Assembly (NCBI GenBank): GCA_036270555.1
Contig: DATBCI010000046.1
Location: 1 to 45,790 of the forward strand
Reading direction: 5' to 3'
Length of the DNA: 45,790 nt
From: Burkholderiaceae bacterium
GTDB taxonomy: Bacteria; Pseudomonadota; Gammaproteobacteria; Burkholderiales; Burkholderiaceae_F
The notes under the pieces are model-generated. The model saw only the letters and a list, made by a program, of their open reading frames with translations. It made no database searches and had not been told where the DNA came from. Both the position numbers and the translations under genes were made by a program. Shown here in pieces: positions 42,547 through 45,790 of this stretch. Position 1 is the first letter of the stretch; each line of letters starts with the position of its first letter.

Positions 42547-43026
42547 TTACCTGGCGATCGTGTTGGTGCGGCGAATCTTCTTCTGGAGTTGAATGATCCC
42601 GTAAATCAACGCCTCGGCGGTCGGCGGGCAGCCCGGAACGTAAATATCGACCGGAACGATGCGGTCACACCCGCGCACCACCGAATACGAGTAGTGATAG
42701 TAACCTCCGCCATTGGCACACGACCCCATCGAGATCACCCAGCGCGGTTCCGCCATCTGGTCATAGACCTTGCGCAAGGCCGGCGCCATCTTGTTGCACA
42801 AGGTGCCCGCGACAATCATCACGTCGGACTGCCGCGGGCTGGGCCGGAAGAAAATGCCGAAACGGTCAAGGTCATAGCGGGCCGCGCCCGCATGCATCAT
42901 TTCGACAGCGCAGCAGGCCAGGCCAAACGTCACCGGCCACAGCGAGCCGGTCTTGGACCAGTTGATCAGCCGATCAAGGCTGGTCGTTACAAAGCCTTCC
43001 TGCAATACCCCTTCAATAACGCTCAC
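42547..43026 (-). CDS. nuoB: NADH-quinone oxidoreductase subunit B
   Basis: [26 protein letters not shown] (N2 cluster ligands). GTG start. Confidence 0.96.
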   Translation of the reverse strand: MSVIEGVLQEGFVTTSLDRLINWSKTGSLWPVTFGLACCAVEMMHAGAARYDLDRFGIFFRPSPRQSDVMIVAGTLCNKMAPALRKVYDQMAEPRWVISMGSCANGGGYYHYSYSVVRGCDRIVPVDIYVPGCPPTAEALIYGIIQLQKKIRRTNTIAR

Positions 43027-43045
43027 GGTCGAGACCTCGCGACGT

Positions 43046-43411
43046 TCACTCCCAGTCCAGCGCGCCCTTCTTCCACTCGTAGACGAAGCCGACAGTCAGA
43101 ATCGCCAGAAACAGCATCATGCCCCAGAAGCCCGCGCTCCACGTGCCCAGGTCGCCCAGGGTGGCGCCCCAGGGAAAAAGAAAGGCGACTTCCAGGTCAA
43201 ACAGGATGAACAGGATGGCGACCAGGTAGTACCGCACGTCGAACTTCATCCGGGCATCTTCGAATGCCTCGAAGCCGCATTCGTAAGGCGACAGCTTCTC
43301 GGGATCCGGGCGATTTGGACCGAGCAGCATTCCGATCAACACCGGCGCGATTCCGACAACCGCTCCGACAACCAGAAACAACAAAATCGGAAGGTAAGGG
43401 CCCAGTTCCAC
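43046..43411 (-). CDS. nuoA: NADH-quinone oxidoreductase subunit A
   Basis: [32 protein letters not shown] signature. The GTG at 43411 ([12 protein letters not shown]) gives about 121 aa, as in other betaproteobacterial NuoA. The ORF-track start at 43435 is a TTG. Confidence 0.9.
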   Translation of the reverse strand: MELGPYLPILLFLVVGAVVGIAPVLIGMLLGPNRPDPEKLSPYECGFEAFEDARMKFDVRYYLVAILFILFDLEVAFLFPWGATLGDLGTWSAGFWGMMLFLAILTVGFVYEWKKGALDWE

Positions 43412-43512
43412 GCAAATCCACCCCGCGGCCTGCAACCGGCAATGGCCGGCCGCTCAATTTTTCAACCACCACTCCCTGTGACCTGTCACGGCGTGGCTGG
43501 TTCCCGACGACG

Positions 43513-43597
43513 TGGTGCCGACGGTGAGACTCGAACTCACACGGCTTTCGCCGCCACCCCCTCAAGATGGTGTGTCTACCAATTCCACCACGTCGGC
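43513..43597 (-). tRNA. leuU: tRNA-Leu (anticodon GAG), class II with long variable arm, CCA encoded
   Basis: Minus-strand read: GCCGACG TG GTGGAATTGGTAGACAC A CCATC TTGAGGG GGTGG CGGCGAAAGCCGT GTGAGTTCGAGTCTCAC CGTCGGC A CCA. The acceptor, anticodon and T stems all pair. Its position after secG matches the E. coli secG-leuU arrangement. Confidence 0.95.
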
Positions 43598-43608
43598 GAT
43601 CGGCGAAG

Positions 43609-43614
43609 ATTCTA
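43609..43614 (-). promoter_or_regulatory. Candidate -10 box (TAGAAT on the minus strand), 11 nt upstream of the tRNA-Leu 5' end
   Basis: attcta on the plus strand is TAGAAT on the minus strand. No recognisable -35. The tRNA may instead be co-transcribed with secG. Confidence 0.25.
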
Positions 43615-43623
43615 ACCCGTTCT

Positions 43624-43696
43624 CCTCACCCCTTCCCCCCTCTGGCCAGCGAGACGGGGGACACTCGAGCGGGAAATGGCTGCCAGCCACTTCCCG
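43624..43696. repeat. Bipartite GC-rich stem-loop repeat, copy B (REP-like), inverted relative to copy A
   Basis: Blocks shared with the reverse complement of 28595-28671: cctcaccccttc (12/12), ccccct...aga.gggg stem, gcgggaaatgg (11/11), ccacttcccg (9/10). It lies between the secG stop and the tRNA-Leu 5' end. Confidence 0.6.
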
Positions 43697-43712
43697 AAAG
43701 TGTGGATCGAGG

Positions 43713-44174
43713 CTACTTCGGAATGTCCGCCGGGCGATTCGCGGGCGGATTGGCGGACGTCGGGCCCTGGGTGGTGCCGGTTGGCGCGGGCGCCGCACTG
43801 TTCTGAGGCGTGGGCGTGGCCGGAATGTCGCCCGCACCGCCGGCCGGCGCTGTTCCAGCGGGCGCTGGCGCGGGCGCAGGTTTGCCGATGGTGCCCATGA
43901 CCCCGCCGCGATCGGCTCCAGCCGCAGCCTGCCGGGCTGCGGTCGCCGTGTACGCCATGCCGATGGTGGCGAGGAAAAAGACCGTCGCCAGCACCGCGGT
44001 CGAACGCGACAGGAAGTTGGCCGACCCGCTGGCGCCGAACAGGCTTCCCGAGGCGCCACCTCCGAAAGCCGCGCCCATATCCGCGCCTTTGCCATGCTGC
44101 AGCAGGATCAGAATGATGACGGACACCGCGCAAATCACCTGGACCACGATCAACAACGAGTTCAGCCACGCCAT
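43713..44174 (-). CDS. secG: Preprotein translocase subunit SecG with a long Pro/Ala/Thr-rich C-terminal tail
   Basis: LLQHGKGADMGAAFGGGASGSLFGASG signature. AGGAGA lies 7 nt upstream of the ATG at 44174. The 167-aa ORF was trimmed. Confidence 0.9.
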   Translation of the reverse strand: MAWLNSLLIVVQVICAVSVIILILLQHGKGADMGAAFGGGASGSLFGASGSANFLSRSTAVLATVFFLATIGMAYTATAARQAAAGADRGGVMGTIGKPAPAPAPAGTAPAGGAGDIPATPTPQNSAAPAPTGTTQGPTSANPPANRPADIPK

Positions 44175-44190
44175 GAGATGTTCTCCTGCT

Positions 44191-44961
44191 TCATTCCAAT
44201 CGTGAGTGTCCTGCAAGCCGGTCGGCGCTTTGACAGATCGACAGGAAGTCGGCCGCTGACAAGGAGGCTCCGCCGATCAAGCCGCCGTCGATATCCGGCT
44301 GCGCAAAAAGATCGGGAGCATTAGAAGGCTTCAGGCTGCCGCCGTAGATGATGCGGGCTTGCGAAGCGGCGCCAGGGTCGTGGCGCGACAGCAGCGAGCG
44401 TATCGCCGCGTGCACCTCCTGGGCCTGGCCAGGCGTTGCGGTTTGTCCGGTTCCGATCGCCCAGACGGGCTCGTAAGCGATCGCACACAGCGCCAGTTCA
44501 GCGGCCGAGCAAGCATCGAACACCGGGGCGAGCTGCGCCGCGATGACGCTCAAGGTGCGGCCCTGCTCCCGCTCATGCAAGGTCTCACCGACGCAGATGA
44601 TCGGCTTCAAGCCATGCGCAACGGCTCGCGCCGCCTTGGCGGCGACCATGCCGCTGCTCTCCCCATAGCCGCTGCGCCGCTCCGAATGGCCGACGATCAC
44701 CCATCGAACCTCGCACTCGATCAACATCTCGGCCGCGATTTCCCCGGTGAAAGCGCCCGGCGCCTCGGCGCTCAGGTTCTGCGCTGCGGCGCTCGCACGC
44801 GTTCCGCGCAGCGCCTCGGCGACCTGCGTCAGGTAGACGTAGGGAGCGCACACCGCGACCTCGGATGCGACGTGGGCCGAAGCGAACTGGTGCAGCCATT
44901 CGCGATTGGACGCGAATGAGCCGTTCATCTTCCAGTTGGCGGCAACCAGTTTGGCGCGCAC
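44191..44961 (-). CDS. tpiA: Triose-phosphate isomerase
   Basis: VAANWKMNG, VIVGHSERR, AYEPVWAIGTG, YGGS. GTG start at 44961. Confidence 0.95.
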   Translation of the reverse strand: MRAKLVAANWKMNGSFASNREWLHQFASAHVASEVAVCAPYVYLTQVAEALRGTRASAAAQNLSAEAPGAFTGEIAAEMLIECEVRWVIVGHSERRSGYGESSGMVAAKAARAVAHGLKPIICVGETLHEREQGRTLSVIAAQLAPVFDACSAAELALCAIAYEPVWAIGTGQTATPGQAQEVHAAIRSLLSRHDPGAASQARIIYGGSLKPSNAPDLFAQPDIDGGLIGGASLSAADFLSICQSADRLAGHSRLE

Positions 44962-45022
44962 GATGGGTCCCGAAACTGCGGGCAGTGCAGGCCGCGATGC
45001 GGTCCCGGCGGAGGACGGCCGC

Positions 45023-45790
45023 TCAGGACTGCGTCACCGGGGTGGCCGGATCGGTCGCCAAGGCCTTCATCGAAAGTCGAACGCGACCCTTCTCGTCGGC
45101 CTCGATGACTTTGACCCGAACGTGCTGGCCTTCCTTCAGGAAATCGGAGACCTGGTTGACCCGCTCGTTGGCGATCTGCGAGATGTGCAGCAGGCCGTCG
45201 CGCCCGGGCAGGATCTGCACGATGGCACCGAAATCGAGCAGGCGCAGCACCGTTCCGTCGTAAACCTTGCCAACCTCGACGTCGGCCGTGAGCTCCATGA
45301 TGCGCCGCTGCGCTTCGCGACCCTTCTCCTGGTCGACGCTGGCGATGATCACGGTGCCATCGTCCTCGATGTCGATCTGGGTCCCGGTCTCCTCGGTCAG
45401 CGCGCGGATGACGGCGCCGCCCTTGCCGATCACATCGCGAATCTTCTCCGGATTGATCTTCATCCGGATCATGCGCGGAGCGTAGGCCGACAGCTCCCCA
45501 CGCGAAGCCGCGATCGAGTCCTGCATCTTCTGCAGGATCGTCATGCGGGCCTCACGCGCCTGCGCCAGCGCGACCTGCATGATCTCCTTCGTGATGCCTT
45601 CGATCTTGATGTCCATCTGAAGCGCGGTGACGCCGCGCGAGGTTCCGGCGACCTTGAAATCCATATCGCCCAGGTGGTCCTCGTCTCCCAGGATGTCGGT
45701 CAATACGGCGAAGCGGCTGCCTTCCTTGATCAGACCCATCGCGATGCCTGCCACGTGGGCCTTGACCGGGACGCCCGCGTCCATCAAAGC
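45023..45790 (-). CDS. pnp: Polyribonucleotide nucleotidyltransferase (PNPase), 3' part only; the gene continues beyond the window
   Basis: End of the second RNase PH domain ([15 protein letters not shown]), a KH domain ([11 protein letters not shown]) and an S1 domain ([20 protein letters not shown]). The frame is open to nt 45790. Confidence 0.96.
   Translation of the reverse strand, partial: ALMDAGVPVKAHVAGIAMGLIKEGSRFAVLTDILGDEDHLGDMDFKVAGTSRGVTALQMDIKIEGITKEIMQVALAQAREARMTILQKMQDSIAASRGELSAYAPRMIRMKINPEKIRDVIGKGGAVIRALTEETGTQIDIEDDGTVIIASVDQEKGREAQRRIMELTADVEVGKVYDGTVLRLLDFGAIVQILPGRDGLLHISQIANERVNQVSDFLKEGQHVRVKVIEADEKGRVRLSMKALATDPATPVTQS

Noticed and set aside
43477-43489. The palindrome tGTGAC-ct-GTCAC between tRNA-Leu and nuoA, resembling a CRP/FNR-family site.
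   Set aside because: TGTGA-N4-TCAC fits neither CRP (TGTGA-N6-TCACA) nor FNR (TTGAT-N4-ATCAA). A 5-bp arm is expected by chance many times in 46 kb. It cannot form a stable hairpin with a 2-nt loop.
28595-43696. The possibility that the two inverted repeat copies mark a composite transposon or mobile island carrying tRNA-Leu plus nuo.
   Set aside because: There is no transposase, integrase or direct target duplication. The enclosed genes are the universally syntenic core nuo operon. The repeats are about 75-nt hairpin modules typical of REP-like elements, not IS ends.

Overview
This window is a visibly GC-rich stretch of conserved core chromosome. Gene order suggests a betaproteobacterium, probably Burkholderiales-like. 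That inference rests on secG-tRNA-Leu(GAG)-nuoABCDEFGHIJKLMN, pyrG-kdsA-eno-ftsB and trpS-methyltransferase-dapA-bamC-MBL hydrolase.

I can support 44 protein-coding genes and one tRNA:
- Left part: a 5'-truncated GGDEF/EAL protein, serA, serC, mutS, a RoxA/YcfD-type JmjC oxygenase, a small AP-rich lipoprotein, an MBL hydrolase, bamC, dapA, a SAM methyltransferase, trpS, yciO, a gamma-carbonic-anhydrase-like protein, hslO, ftsB, eno, kdsA and pyrG.
- Middle part: a class-III aminotransferase, a DUF1624 membrane protein, a CDF metal exporter, CoA-transferase subunits A and B, an SDR, ETF-ubiquinone oxidoreductase, an acidic repeat protein and a NUDIX hydrolase.
- Right part: the complete 14-gene nuo operon, tRNA-Leu, secG, tpiA and the 3' part of pnp.

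I see no transposase, integrase, phage gene, CRISPR array, toxin-antitoxin pair or defence-like island. I do not find a convincing novel multi-gene system here.

The ORF track is dominated by long shadow ORFs antisense to real genes and by spurious N-terminal extensions. I trimmed these. Note that the track's leading M is sometimes a GTG or TTG codon.

The points worth a second look are all small-scale:
- A bipartite GC-rich stem-loop repeat in two inverted copies, bracketing tRNA-Leu plus the nuo operon.
- Nested and alternative inverted repeats filling the SDR/ETF-QO divergent intergenic region.
- A C-x21-C-x6-C-x2-C motif in a long-form TrpRS.
- An acidic protein with an in-frame 15-bp tandem repeat and a C-terminal TFPASDP motif.
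- A 13-bp tandem repeat in the yciO/gamma-CA divergent promoter region.
- A mutS-roxA ATGA start/stop overlap.

All homology calls come from reading the translated ORFs against remembered family motifs. No database search was run.
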